From a virus (lineage: Duplodnaviria; Heunggongvirae; Uroviricota; Caudoviricetes): a stretch of DNA of 64,000 bases. The stretch lies in the IMG/VR virus record IMGVR_UViG_3300045988_158394; one strand, written 5' to 3'. Numbering within the stretch: position 1 is the first letter of the stretch; each line of letters begins with the position of its first letter. A program made the position numbers and the translations under genes. A model generated the notes under the pieces. That model made no database searches. It was not told where the DNA came from and saw nothing but the letters and a program-made list of their open reading frames with translations. Below, one piece after another: positions 42,037 to 54,850 of this stretch.

Positions 42037-42065
42037 CTCCGGCCTAATCTCCCTAGGCCGGAGAG
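42037..42065. terminator. Hairpin between convergent SIR2-like gene and lxc
   Basis: tctccggcc-(11 nt)-ggccggaga 9-bp stem. Confidence 0.5.
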
Positions 42066-42068
42066 TTC

Positions 42069-42317
42069 TTAATCAGCATTCAGGAGCAATGCGTTATCTA
42101 TGATGATCTGCTCCCATTCCTCGAATGCCCGGTCGCGGACGCCCTGGGGAACACTGTTTGTTTTGAAATCGACGACTGTACGCCATTTCCCGTCCGGACG
42201 GTACATGCGCAGAGCTTTACTTCCCCCTTCCCTGCGCACCTCAACGTTATGCTTGTCAGCAAACTCTTGTAATGCTCGTAGCGTCCCATGCTTTACTGTG
42301 TAGTATCGCTTTTTCAA
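42069..42317 (-). CDS. lxc: Lxc/Bof-like C1 co-repressor
   Basis: 82 aa, immediately downstream of ulx and darB on the minus strand, as in P1. Confidence 0.55.
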   Translation of the reverse strand: MKKRYYTVKHGTLRALQEFADKHNVEVRREGGSKALRMYRPDGKWRTVVDFKTNSVPQGVRDRAFEEWEQIIIDNALLLNAD

Positions 42318-42754
42318 GTTTTCTCTCCAGCCTGTGCCAATGCTTCAACTTCCAAATCGTAAGACTCAAACTCATAGTCCTGGTCGTCAACTTCTTCAGG
42401 CACTGGCAGTAAATGCCAGGCTGAGTATATCTGACCATTATCAAAACGCTCCTGGCTGTAGAGCGTCGCGGCTATGAGTGTTAGCGCCGGGCGGTCATAA
42501 CGGTAAATTTTGCGAACGTCACGGTCAACGAGACGACCGAAATTACCATAACCGCGCTCCAGTAATAATTTTTTAATTTCCGGCCAGTATGGACCATAGC
42601 TGCGGTACAGGCGGGGATTTTTCAGTAATCGCCCGCGTAGCCCTGACAGGAAGAAATCAACGTATTCGTCTTCTGTCTTTCCTAACAACGCTGTACGGAG
42701 TACCGCCTCAAGATATGTTTTATTCGGTTTTATTGTATCAGATAGTGTGGCCAT
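42314..42754 (-). CDS. ulx: Ulx-like protein
   Basis: 146 aa between darB and lxc; name by synteny. Confidence 0.5.
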   Translation of the reverse strand: MATLSDTIKPNKTYLEAVLRTALLGKTEDEYVDFFLSGLRGRLLKNPRLYRSYGPYWPEIKKLLLERGYGNFGRLVDRDVRKIYRYDRPALTLIAATLYSQERFDNGQIYSAWHLLPVPEEVDDQDYEFESYDLEVEALAQAGEKT

Positions 42755-42787
42755 ATTATGCGACGCCCGGCGAACCGGGCGCTCCTG

Positions 42788-45700
42788 TTATGCGTATTGT
42801 TGGATGACGGCCAGAACGTCCGCCACGTTGTGTTTTGTCTCGATAATCCACCAGTTGCCCGGGAAATCGCTGTTCTTCGCCTTCGCTGGCAGCCAGCGAG
42901 CGCCGAATTTCGCCTTGATTGCGTCTTTCGCACGGAAAAGAACCCCTTTCATGCCGGAGGCTTCCTGAAGCCCAAATACCTCGCCAGCGGCGAATTTTGG
43001 TGCGTACATCATCTTCAGGTCGGCGGTGGATACGCGATAATTCAGACCAAGAGACTGAGCTATGCTGGTGGCATCACCCTGTATTGATGATAACTCTTCT
43101 TGTTTCTCGTTTCTGGCAGCAATTTCTTCCTCCGTGATGTTGCCAAGGGCCAGGTTTATCCGATCAGCGTCTGCCTGTTTCTCTTCATCGGTGCGCCCGG
43201 CAAGTACCGTGTTAATTCTGTGCAATATCTCCACATGATTCTTGCGCATGCTGAGCAATTCCGGCGTAACCTCGTTAAGGTCCACCAGCCCAAGGATGGC
43301 AAGGTCGGTAAACATTGATACCAGGTTGTAGGTCATGCGATAGCTGAGTTGCCCATAGGCTGATGGCAACTGCACCGCATCCATTTTATAGGCATCCATA
43401 AATTTAGAGCCGTCGTTTACGACATCCGCAATTGCCGGTGTGATTTTTCCTGTGGTGGCGGCCTCCCTGATTGCTGTTACCCACGATTGAGTCAGCGCGG
43501 CGACTGCATGATTCAGATTGACTTTCCGTTCTGCTGCAATGCGCGCGCTTGCTGCGTCCATTGCCTGCTTGATCTCGTCTTTATTGCTGTAAATGCCAAT
43601 GGTGCCAAACTGTGCTGTGGTGATCTCATAATCTGACGCCCGGAACTCATTGGTACCGAAAATGGCATTGGTGACTTCAAGTTCAGAATCCCCGTTACGA
43701 GTAGCCCCCTGGCTTGTTTTCTCCGGCATTCTGGCGATCGCATCCGCTATTTTCTCCTGAATTGCTTCAGGGGATAGCGTATCTCCGTATGACGCGATTA
43801 CATCGCCATAATTGGAGCCAAACAGTTCAACCAGGAATGCTTCTGCCGAACGGATCTGGCGGTTATTCCCTTCCGACATCATACCAAGCACCCATTTTGC
43901 AATTGACGACTTCAGCGCGCCGTCACGGCGATCCGGGTAAACCGCATGCTTCAGTGGGTCCGTATAGGTACCAACAAAATCAATGCTATAGCCTGACTCT
44001 GTAGTCTGAACGCCGTATGAGTCAGTGATTTTGATCATGCCGCGCTGCTGGAAACGGTAGAAATCGTCACAGGAAACGATGTCGTTAATCCCGGCGATGG
44101 AGACGCCACCACTGATTTTCTGCATAACAGCATCTTCATCGGGAGTTACATCAACCTGTTTATCCAGCGTCTTCACATCCCAGTTACCAGATTTGGTGCC
44201 TTTGAAGGTGAAGATGATCTCCACGTCTGCGCGCTGGCTGTCGAAGTCCAGCGACTTAATGCGAACGATATCACCGGCACAATCGTAGTATTGGCCTACA
44301 CGCCATGAGCGATCGCCGATAACAAGGAACTCACTCGCATGGTTAACCAGGTCAGGATCAACATCCAGAATGCCTTTATTTAATGCATCCTCCACCAGCG
44401 GGCGCAGGCGTTTGATATCCGTCGCGGCCTTCTGAGTACGGTTCAATAATTTCTCATAGCGGGAGATGGCTTGAGAGATATTAGCCTTGCGCTGAATGGC
44501 GCTTTTCAACGACGCGCGATACTGTGCTAACAACATACGGTCTGTGTGATGGACACTCCCCCAGCGTGCCTTCCAGTCTGCGTTATCCGCTGCCTTGGCC
44601 ATTGCCGCCTGTTTGAATTTAGCTACCTCGGCGGTGGTCTTTTCAAGTTCCGCTTTGCTTCGCTCTAATTCAGCGGTAAGCACCTCCACATCCTCACCAG
44701 CTGCGTGCTGCGCCTTGATGTAGTTCTGAAGGTCGATAGTAGCCTGTTCTTTCTGGCGAGCGCGTTGCGCGGCTTTCGCCTTATCCATTTGAACCTGCAT
44801 CATTGCCAGACGTTCGCCATCATCCTTAGCGGTATACATCTGCATTTCGATCATATCGTTGGCGTCGGCGTTCTCCATTTCTGACTTATCTGAACGGAGG
44901 ATATCGGAGATCCAGCCTGCTTTACGCTTCAGCGTCTTCAGTCGGTATTCATCGAAAGAACCCTTGCCGCAGTAGTAGTGAACGCGAACGCTTGCACGGT
45001 TGGAGCCAACTCGGGCACCGCGACCGTTTCGTTGCGCAATACTGGCTGGAGTCCATGGCAACGTCAGATGATGGATGTCAGTCGTTCCTCGATGCAGGTT
45101 GATACCCACCTCTGCCTTTTTGTTGCAGATGATGATCGGAGTCCGGCCCTCCTGGAAGTCGGCTGCAATCTTTTCCAGACCGCCCAACGACATTTCATTT
45201 TGCTGCGCGATATAGGCGTCATACAGAGCCATTTGCTCGTTGTATTTCGCTATCTGTGCATCTGTTGGTTCATCCGGTAACTCTTTCGGCGGTTTAACCG
45301 CTTTCAGTTTCTTACCGGTTTTACCTGCCTCGGCAACCGTCTGAGCATTCAGTATCCCCACCTTTGAAGGTTCAAGGTTAAGAGCATTGCAGATAATGCG
45401 CTTGAGCTTCTGGTGCTGCGTTTTTTCATCGGTGAAGATGATTTGCTTACCTTCCGGGAAAAACTCCTTCAGCGTGGCAATCAGCTTCGCGTATTTGGGC
45501 GTAACGGGGTGAGTTACGGTCTGTTCGTCAATGCCAAACCTGGCCAGGCGCTTATTCACTTCCTGCTCGAACGCTTCCGGAACCTGCAACTGAATAAACT
45601 CGCCCTTATCTATCAGGGAGTATTGCGATTGCTGCGTGATTAAATCATCACTGTCGTCGTCTTCGCTGGTGGCTTGTTTAGGCAAACTGTCCGCCAGCTG

Positions 45701-48700
45701 CTGCACCGCATCGGCGTACTCCGGCAGGAAACGATAGGTGATCCGGCGATAGTACAGGTCCATGTCAGTACATACGCGGTCCATATCCCTGATTATTGAG
45801 AAGATCGGACGGGCTTTCTCGTGCTCAATCACGCCGTCTTCATTGACCGAGGTCGTTACGCCATTGTTGGCTTTGGCCGCCGCTTCCGCCTGCTGACGCA
45901 ATTCTTCATACGCCGCCAGTTGTTCTTCAGTAAGTGGTGCATCCTGCTGGTGTTCGTCCAGCTCCGGGATCTCCACGGTATCCTTAACGTCTTCCGCCGT
46001 TTTAAGCGTTACCCAGCGATGGAATATACCGCGCAGCGCATCAAGGTTTTCAAAGCCCACCAGCGCCATTTTTTCTTCAACTTCACCGCTGATTTTCTGT
46101 ACCGTTTCCAGCCTGGTCTTGCCGAAGAATTTAACGAAGTCATCAGGACCGTAGATCCCCATCTTCTGCCAGTATTCCTTCGGCAGAACATGAGAAAGCA
46201 TGTTGTATGCATCGATCGGGGTGTTAACGACTGGCGTTGCAGTCAGGAGAACCGGCCCGCGCCCGCCATTCTTTTTCATCAGGTACGCGTTTTTGATTGC
46301 CATATCCCGCGCCGATTGCGCCACCGCGCTGGTGGGCAGATAGGCCAGTTGTGACGCTTCGCGACCATTTTTATAGCTATTGCGGTAGTTGTGGCCTTCG
46401 TCGGCGATCACACTATCGAAGCCCATATCCTCAAAGTACGGATATTTCTCTGCTTTTTCGGTACCGGTATCTGAATACTCCGACAATACCCGGCGACGCG
46501 CCGCCTCTTTGCGATGGGAATCGGAGTCCATTGCGCTGGCCACACGCCCGGCAGCAACGAAGTCATAAAGCATGTCTTGTGCATGCTCATCTACGGTGTC
46601 ATCACGTAGCGGAATGCGGGCGTATTGTTCTTTGGTAAACACGACTGCACGGTAGTTTGAGTGCGGGATCGCGTTCATCCGCGCCGTGATAGTGGCTTCA
46701 TCTGCCAGTTTAAGGGCATCGCGCATAACGGGAGTGCCATCTGCACCAACGACAGGTTTACCGTTCTCATCGAGCACCGGCACCTGGCGAATCTGATCGC
46801 CATCCATCAGCACATCAAGACCGACGAACAAGTAGTTACTGAATGCCTCTTCACTCAGGAATTCTTTTGCTTCGTAATACCAGTTTTCCAGCACTGATTT
46901 AGGCACTACATACGCAGTACGGGTAGAGCGACCGTTCTCATAGTTGAACGCCTCAAGCGCCAGCGCGGTCGTGGTTTTACCCAGCCCGGTGCCGAAGCCC
47001 AGGATGCCGCGCCCATCTTCGGACAGTCGGCGCACCTCGCTATTCTGGTAATCAAATGGCTGGCGCTTACCGCTTAATCCCTTCAACCCAAGCGGATCGC
47101 CAGAGTGTTCATACGGGATATTGCTATTGAACACATCGTTGTATTTGGCAACCAGCTCATCGTAGCGATCGTGCGTCTTGATCCACTTATTGAACTGGTC
47201 CTCAAGCAGTGCCATCTGCTCGCGGTAGCCGTTCGCCGTCGCGCTATCTTTGCCACCGATACGCGCACCATTGAGATACTTTTCCAGCTGTGCCGGGAAC
47301 CCGGTCGCGTTTTCACCCGATTTACGGTCCCACTCGTAGCGGATCTCGCCTGTTTCTTTATCCTTGCGCTGGACGACACCGTATCGGTGCCCGACGAACA
47401 GACCATCACCACCGTGATAGGTGTCAGAAACCATTTCGTCGCCTTCCAGCTGCACTGACTGCACATAGCGCAGATCCGGATAGCCGTTTTCCTGCAAAAA
47501 TTCCAGAATGACGGAGCGGTCGAACCAACGGCTATTGAGCTTAAAGCGGATATTCTCTGCTGGCGTCTTGATGCGCTTCTCTTCGATCGCTGCCAGCTGA
47601 TTAAGGACGTTGTTCTTTACTGGACCGTCGGGGAGTGTGGCAAGAAATTCCTGTTTTGGAGCCACTATCTCGTTAATGTCGCCGCTGGTGGCGCGGGCGA
47701 ACGGAACAATCCCGCCATACGGTGAAACCGCAATACCAGGGGTGCTGGCCAATAAATTAAGCAACTCTTCATCACTGGCTGGCAGTTCGCCGGTAAACGC
47801 AAGGCGGAAATCATCGAGCTGGATTGGATCGCGGGTAAGATCGCTATAGAGATAACGCAGGGTGTCCTGATAGCTGGTGGAGTCATAACTGGCGCTGGAA
47901 TCATGCGTAACCAGCTTTCCTGTCAGCTCGTCAGAAATAGTGCCATCCAGCTTAATCGCACCACGGAAAGCAAACCAGGCGCGCGCACCGCTCCCCGACA
48001 ATTTCGCTATCGGACCGCGACCGGGGTTACCAAAACGGTCAATCTCTGCCTGCAAACGGGATACCAGAGAAAGGCGCTGCTGTTCGATTTGTTCAGCACT
48101 ATGCCCGGCGGCCTTCATGTCCTGATATTCAATTAACATCCGGCCAATCATCGCCCCGCGATACAAGCGTTCACGGTATTTTTCAGGCTGGCTGTTAATC
48201 CAGTCCACCAGCTGCACCATATCGTCGCTGATTGATGTGGTGTACTTATCGCGGACATTTGCCATCTGGGTAAATGTCATGCCGAGACGGCCTTCTGTTG
48301 TAGTCAGGTTACGCTGAAGAGCCTCCCAGCTATCCGCGCCATAACTGGCAGCATCGATCTTAAGTTCCTTCCCGGCATCAGCTTCAATCCAGCGACCACC
48401 AGCATATTTTTGCCATACGCCATTAATCAGGCGCATTTCCCCTTCACCAACAACGTCTGCGGTCGGTGACGGTTCAGCCATATCGAGCAAAGACCAGTCG
48501 ATACGGCTTTCGAAACGATGAATCAGCTTCGCTTTAAGAGCCTGGTTATCAATCTGACCGTCGGCACGAACCTCAATACGCCCCTGGAAGCCCTTTTCCT
48601 GGGTGCCATGAACAAACCGGCGGCCATCCTTTTCAAACCACTTGCCAGAAATAAACGTTGGCCAAAGCACATTTGCCGATTCAAGAGTGCTTTCATCCAC

Positions 48701-49555
48701 CAGGGGGATTTTCTCAGCCATCTCTGCCGGATGTTTGCGCATCAGCACCACATCAACGACTGTACTGGTCCCGTTTGCGTCAAAAGTACCGGTAGGCAAG
48801 CGGTGAGCGCCAAGAAATTCAGCTTTACGGGATAAGCGCAGGCGTAACCGCTTCATGTTTGAACCTGAAACAATGGACGGCGGCACAATCACGCACATGA
48901 ATCCGCCTGGCTTTATCTTGTCCAGCATGCGGAGCATGAAGTAAGAACCCATGTCCGTTTCTTCTGCGTAAGGCTTATCGATGTTGCGTGTGTTATCACG
49001 ACCGCCGAACGGAACGTTACCCACAACATGGTCGAATGAATCGTTAGGCGTGCTTATAGCCAGCTGTTCGAACGGGGAAATCTGTACGCTGTCTTCCGGG
49101 TGTAACAACTGGTTTATACGACCGGAAACACTGCTGATCTCAGTCGCGGTCATCACCGTACCAACCGGTTTTGTCTCATTAAAAACGCCGGTTCCCGCCG
49201 ATGGTTCCAGAGTGTTACCTACGTCCGCGCCGTAGAGCTTCATGATCTCCCAGACACCTTCAGCGATCGGCTTTGGTGTGTAATATTCGGAGACGGACCC
49301 GCCAATGCCGCCTTCACCGGTGTACCCAGCCAGGATCTGGCGCTGTTCATCTGTCAGTGTCGCGCCGTCCACCAGCGAATTAAGCAAATCTATCGCCTTC
49401 TGATTCGCCTCCCGGCGCAGTCGGTCATAGCTTTTGCCTTCCACCTTTTCCACGCCGTATTTAATCGGCGCTCGGTGAGATGTTATTGCCCTAATGTATT
49501 TCAATATTTCGCTGACACTTGAACAGCGAAACACCCCCATAGATAGCTTGTTCAT
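42788..49555 (-). CDS. darB: DarB antirestriction protein (N6-adenine methyltransferase + DEAH-type helicase)
   Basis: 2255 aa (the P1 DarB size); MTase motif I EPSAGTGVF and motif IV GNVPFG; helicase Walker A GFGTGLGKTTTA and motif II ADEGHNYRN. Confidence 0.9.
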   Translation of the reverse strand: MNKLSMGVFRCSSVSEILKYIRAITSHRAPIKYGVEKVEGKSYDRLRREANQKAIDLLNSLVDGATLTDEQRQILAGYTGEGGIGGSVSEYYTPKPIAEGVWEIMKLYGADVGNTLEPSAGTGVFNETKPVGTVMTATEISSVSGRINQLLHPEDSVQISPFEQLAISTPNDSFDHVVGNVPFGGRDNTRNIDKPYAEETDMGSYFMLRMLDKIKPGGFMCVIVPPSIVSGSNMKRLRLRLSRKAEFLGAHRLPTGTFDANGTSTVVDVVLMRKHPAEMAEKIPLVDESTLESANVLWPTFISGKWFEKDGRRFVHGTQEKGFQGRIEVRADGQIDNQALKAKLIHRFESRIDWSLLDMAEPSPTADVVGEGEMRLINGVWQKYAGGRWIEADAGKELKIDAASYGADSWEALQRNLTTTEGRLGMTFTQMANVRDKYTTSISDDMVQLVDWINSQPEKYRERLYRGAMIGRMLIEYQDMKAAGHSAEQIEQQRLSLVSRLQAEIDRFGNPGRGPIAKLSGSGARAWFAFRGAIKLDGTISDELTGKLVTHDSSASYDSTSYQDTLRYLYSDLTRDPIQLDDFRLAFTGELPASDEELLNLLASTPGIAVSPYGGIVPFARATSGDINEIVAPKQEFLATLPDGPVKNNVLNQLAAIEEKRIKTPAENIRFKLNSRWFDRSVILEFLQENGYPDLRYVQSVQLEGDEMVSDTYHGGDGLFVGHRYGVVQRKDKETGEIRYEWDRKSGENATGFPAQLEKYLNGARIGGKDSATANGYREQMALLEDQFNKWIKTHDRYDELVAKYNDVFNSNIPYEHSGDPLGLKGLSGKRQPFDYQNSEVRRLSEDGRGILGFGTGLGKTTTALALEAFNYENGRSTRTAYVVPKSVLENWYYEAKEFLSEEAFSNYLFVGLDVLMDGDQIRQVPVLDENGKPVVGADGTPVMRDALKLADEATITARMNAIPHSNYRAVVFTKEQYARIPLRDDTVDEHAQDMLYDFVAAGRVASAMDSDSHRKEAARRRVLSEYSDTGTEKAEKYPYFEDMGFDSVIADEGHNYRNSYKNGREASQLAYLPTSAVAQSARDMAIKNAYLMKKNGGRGPVLLTATPVVNTPIDAYNMLSHVLPKEYWQKMGIYGPDDFVKFFGKTRLETVQKISGEVEEKMALVGFENLDALRGIFHRWVTLKTAEDVKDTVEIPELDEHQQDAPLTEEQLAAYEELRQQAEAAAKANNGVTTSVNEDGVIEHEKARPIFSIIRDMDRVCTDMDLYYRRITYRFLPEYADAVQQLADSLPKQATSEDDDSDDLITQQSQYSLIDKGEFIQLQVPEAFEQEVNKRLARFGIDEQTVTHPVTPKYAKLIATLKEFFPEGKQIIFTDEKTQHQKLKRIICNALNLEPSKVGILNAQTVAEAGKTGKKLKAVKPPKELPDEPTDAQIAKYNEQMALYDAYIAQQNEMSLGGLEKIAADFQEGRTPIIICNKKAEVGINLHRGTTDIHHLTLPWTPASIAQRNGRGARVGSNRASVRVHYYCGKGSFDEYRLKTLKRKAGWISDILRSDKSEMENADANDMIEMQMYTAKDDGERLAMMQVQMDKAKAAQRARQKEQATIDLQNYIKAQHAAGEDVEVLTAELERSKAELEKTTAEVAKFKQAAMAKAADNADWKARWGSVHHTDRMLLAQYRASLKSAIQRKANISQAISRYEKLLNRTQKAATDIKRLRPLVEDALNKGILDVDPDLVNHASEFLVIGDRSWRVGQYYDCAGDIVRIKSLDFDSQRADVEIIFTFKGTKSGNWDVKTLDKQVDVTPDEDAVMQKISGGVSIAGINDIVSCDDFYRFQQRGMIKITDSYGVQTTESGYSIDFVGTYTDPLKHAVYPDRRDGALKSSIAKWVLGMMSEGNNRQIRSAEAFLVELFGSNYGDVIASYGDTLSPEAIQEKIADAIARMPEKTSQGATRNGDSELEVTNAIFGTNEFRASDYEITTAQFGTIGIYSNKDEIKQAMDAASARIAAERKVNLNHAVAALTQSWVTAIREAATTGKITPAIADVVNDGSKFMDAYKMDAVQLPSAYGQLSYRMTYNLVSMFTDLAILGLVDLNEVTPELLSMRKNHVEILHRINTVLAGRTDEEKQADADRINLALGNITEEEIAARNEKQEELSSIQGDATSIAQSLGLNYRVSTADLKMMYAPKFAAGEVFGLQEASGMKGVLFRAKDAIKAKFGARWLPAKAKNSDFPGNWWIIETKHNVADVLAVIQQYA

Positions 49556-49621
49556 TGGTAATCCTTAACAAGTGACTAGTGTTAAATTCCGTTCAAACAC
49601 GATGCGTATTATTCTAATTAA

Positions 49622-52352
<2,731 letters not shown>

Positions 52353-52363
52353 CCATCAAAAAT

Positions 52364-52390
52364 AACCCCGGCGGCTGCCGGGGTTCTCGT
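52364..52390. terminator. Bidirectional terminator between pro and lyz
   Basis: aaccccggc-ggct-gccggggtt 9-bp stem, A-run before and T-rich after. Confidence 0.65.
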
Positions 52391-52643
52391 TAACTATTAT
52401 CGCCTTCGTCTGCGTGCCATATATTTGCGCACCGCGCGACGTGGGCAATCTGAAGCGGTTTCTTTCTGCTGCATCAATCTTGCAGCCATGCTCAAAAATG
52501 TCAGGCACAGCCGAAGCCCGGCATATAATAGCGGTTCCAGTGGCCACGTCTCATTGAGCACATATACCGCCATGAAAATCGAGTCGAAAACTATCGCCGC
52601 CAGCGATAACTTCATTGTCGAAAGTCGGCGGAGCTGCCGGAGT

Positions 52644-53201
52644 TTATTCATTGACCAGCCCCGTCAGGCAAAGCTGGCGTTCTTTTTCACGGCGAATCTT
52701 TAACCCGGGCAGGGGGACGCCGTTACTGTTCACAAAATCAGGGAGATGGTTACACATATTCACCCATTCCCCTTTCTGCGCCCACTTGTGGATGGACGTT
52801 TCGACTCGCATGCCTCGCGCTTTGCTGTAGTAGGTCCGTAAACTATTGCATCCCATATTGAATGCCGCGCTTGTCATTGCGCTGAAGGCATTATCGGGCA
52901 TGTCTTTGCCCCGGAAGTGCTGGTTAATACAGCGTTCAGCGATCAGGATATTCTTTTCCCAATCAGCGGCGATTTGTTGGTCGTTTTTTCGCACGCCTGG
53001 CGTTACCCCGTGTGTATTACCAATCCCGTCAGTCCATACACCCGCCGGGCACATGTATGGATCACGTCGGCAACCTTCAGCGTTTCCGATAAGCTCAAGC
53101 CCCGCCTGGTTGGTTCGCACATTGCCATTACCCATCACGATGGTAATCATCACCGCGATAGCGCAAATTGCACCGCCTCCTGCGGCTGTTTTTCCCTTCA
53201 T
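52644..53201 (-). CDS. lyz: SAR endolysin (T4 lysozyme-family)
   Basis: 185 aa; Gly/Ala-rich SAR N-terminus GGGAICAIAVMITIVMG followed by a lysozyme domain (GLELIGNAEGCRRDPY). Confidence 0.9.
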   Translation of the reverse strand: MKGKTAAGGGAICAIAVMITIVMGNGNVRTNQAGLELIGNAEGCRRDPYMCPAGVWTDGIGNTHGVTPGVRKNDQQIAADWEKNILIAERCINQHFRGKDMPDNAFSAMTSAAFNMGCNSLRTYYSKARGMRVETSIHKWAQKGEWVNMCNHLPDFVNSNGVPLPGLKIRREKERQLCLTGLVNE

Positions 53202-53333
53202 AAAGACCTCATAAGCGAATTTTTACGCTCCAGGACAAACACCCATTCACAGCCAATACCGACTGACTCGATCCCTTTAGAAGACACAGGATAATGCAAA
53301 TCACTTGTTAGCTACGTTTCAAAGATATACATT

Positions 53334-53350
53334 ATTGCTCTAATTAATTT
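53334..53350 (+). promoter_or_regulatory. C1 operator upstream of ssb
   Basis: ATTGCTCTAATTAATTT. Confidence 0.5.
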
Positions 53351-53369
53351 ATTTTATTAGGTAAGATAA

Positions 53370-53858
53370 GTGGCACAACGCGGTGTAAACAAAGTCATCC
53401 TGATTGGTACCCTGGGGCAAGACCCGGAGATCAGGTATATACCAAATGGCGGCGCGGTCGGAAGACTCAGCATCGCAACGAATGAATCATGGCGCGACAA
53501 GCAAACGGGCCAACAGAAAGAGCAAACAGAATGGCATAAAGTCGTTTTGTTCGGAAAACTTGCTGAAATTGCGAGTGAATATTTACGAAAAGGTTCTCAG
53601 GTCTACATCGAAGGGAAACTTAAAACCCGTAAGTGGACAGATGACGCCGGTGTAGAACGTTACACGACGGAAATTATCGTCAGCCAGGGCGGCACCATGC
53701 AAATGATCGGCGCTCGCCGTGACGATTCACAGTCCTCAAATGGCTGGGGGCAATCAAACCAACCTCAAAACCACCAGCAATACAGTGGTGGCGGTAAACC
53801 TCAGAGCAACGCCAATAACGAACCTCCAATGGACTTTGACGACGATATTCCGTTTTGA
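53370..53858 (+). CDS. ssb: Single-stranded DNA-binding protein
   Basis: [25 protein letters not shown]-fold N-terminus, Gly/Gln-rich linker and acidic tail DFDDDIPF. Confidence 0.92.
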   Translation: MAQRGVNKVILIGTLGQDPEIRYIPNGGAVGRLSIATNESWRDKQTGQQKEQTEWHKVVLFGKLAEIASEYLRKGSQVYIEGKLKTRKWTDDAGVERYTTEIIVSQGGTMQMIGARRDDSQSSNGWGQSNQPQNHQQYSGGGKPQSNANNEPPMDFDDDIPF

Positions 53859-54055
53859 ATGTGTAAAAAACGACTGAAAGAAAAGCGGTGGTCCAGACGC
53901 CGACAAAAGCACGAACTCGCTCAAAAACGCCAAAGTTGGCAATGGCACGCGCTTTTAACGAATAGAACACCCCGAGATATTGCTTTCGCTGGTGGGAAAA
54001 CATTCCTAACCAACCTGAAGGCGCAATACATCAGTTTTTAAGCAGAGAAAAGACT

Positions 54056-54850
54056 ATGACAGCACAAAATACTAAAACCATTCAATACCGCCTACGTAAT
54101 GGCCAGAGTGTCGAAGTGACCATCAATAATGATGGAGTGCCAGGCGAAAAGGTTTCTATCTCTGATCTGGCTATCGAAAAAACCATCATGTGCCACCTTG
54201 GCTTTACTGAAGAAGTGAGCAAAAAGCATGGTGTAGCTATCTGGCGAACAATGGATACTGGCATGCGCAGATTCATTACCGCTCGTACCCCAGGTATGAC
54301 CATGATGGACCTCATGCAGATTGCACCGCTGTTTGAGTGTGAACCTTTGGATGTATTCAGCAATCCAGCTATCTGCCAGCAGTTATATGGTGAGATGAAA
54401 CTCGCTGTTACCCCCATTGTGCTGCATGAAGGATCGCTTGCTGGCGTATGGAAAGTAGAGCGAATTTCAAGCTACATGCCCTTCCACATCCATGTCAACG
54501 GCGTAATCGCAGGTGAAAATCAACCTGTTTCAGTTACAAAGTCAGACCTCAAGCGCGCAATTCTTGAAGCAAGTTGTCGAGTTATCGGCCTTGGCAAACA
54601 GTCTTATGTTTCCTTCCCGGCTGGCCCTGAAGGCCCGGCAGAAATTCTGATTATGGATGCCGATCTGCTCTGGCAAATACAGTTTCTGATTGGCAAAAGC
54701 ATCATCCGCGCTGAAGAACTCGATCAGTACATTACCTGCACGATGACAGATGAAGTCAAAAGTGTGGCTATAGCCAAGGCCCGGAACCTGTGTCGTGCTG
54801 CATTAACAGAACTGCAAGAAAACACCACGGAAGAGGTGGAAAGTGACTAA
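54056..54850 (+). CDS. Hypothetical protein, translationally coupled to the PacB paralog
   Basis: 264 aa; stop overlaps the next start by 8 nt. Confidence 0.45.
   Translation: MTAQNTKTIQYRLRNGQSVEVTINNDGVPGEKVSISDLAIEKTIMCHLGFTEEVSKKHGVAIWRTMDTGMRRFITARTPGMTMMDLMQIAPLFECEPLDVFSNPAICQQLYGEMKLAVTPIVLHEGSLAGVWKVERISSYMPFHIHVNGVIAGENQPVSVTKSDLKRAILEASCRVIGLGKQSYVSFPAGPEGPAEILIMDADLLWQIQFLIGKSIIRAEELDQYITCTMTDEVKSVAIAKARNLCRAALTELQENTTEEVESD

Noticed and set aside
43100-49235. Numerous 60-177-aa ORFs on the plus strand inside darB
   Set aside because: All are embedded antisense within the continuous 2255-aa darB frame, which has clear MTase and helicase motifs; they are antisense artefacts
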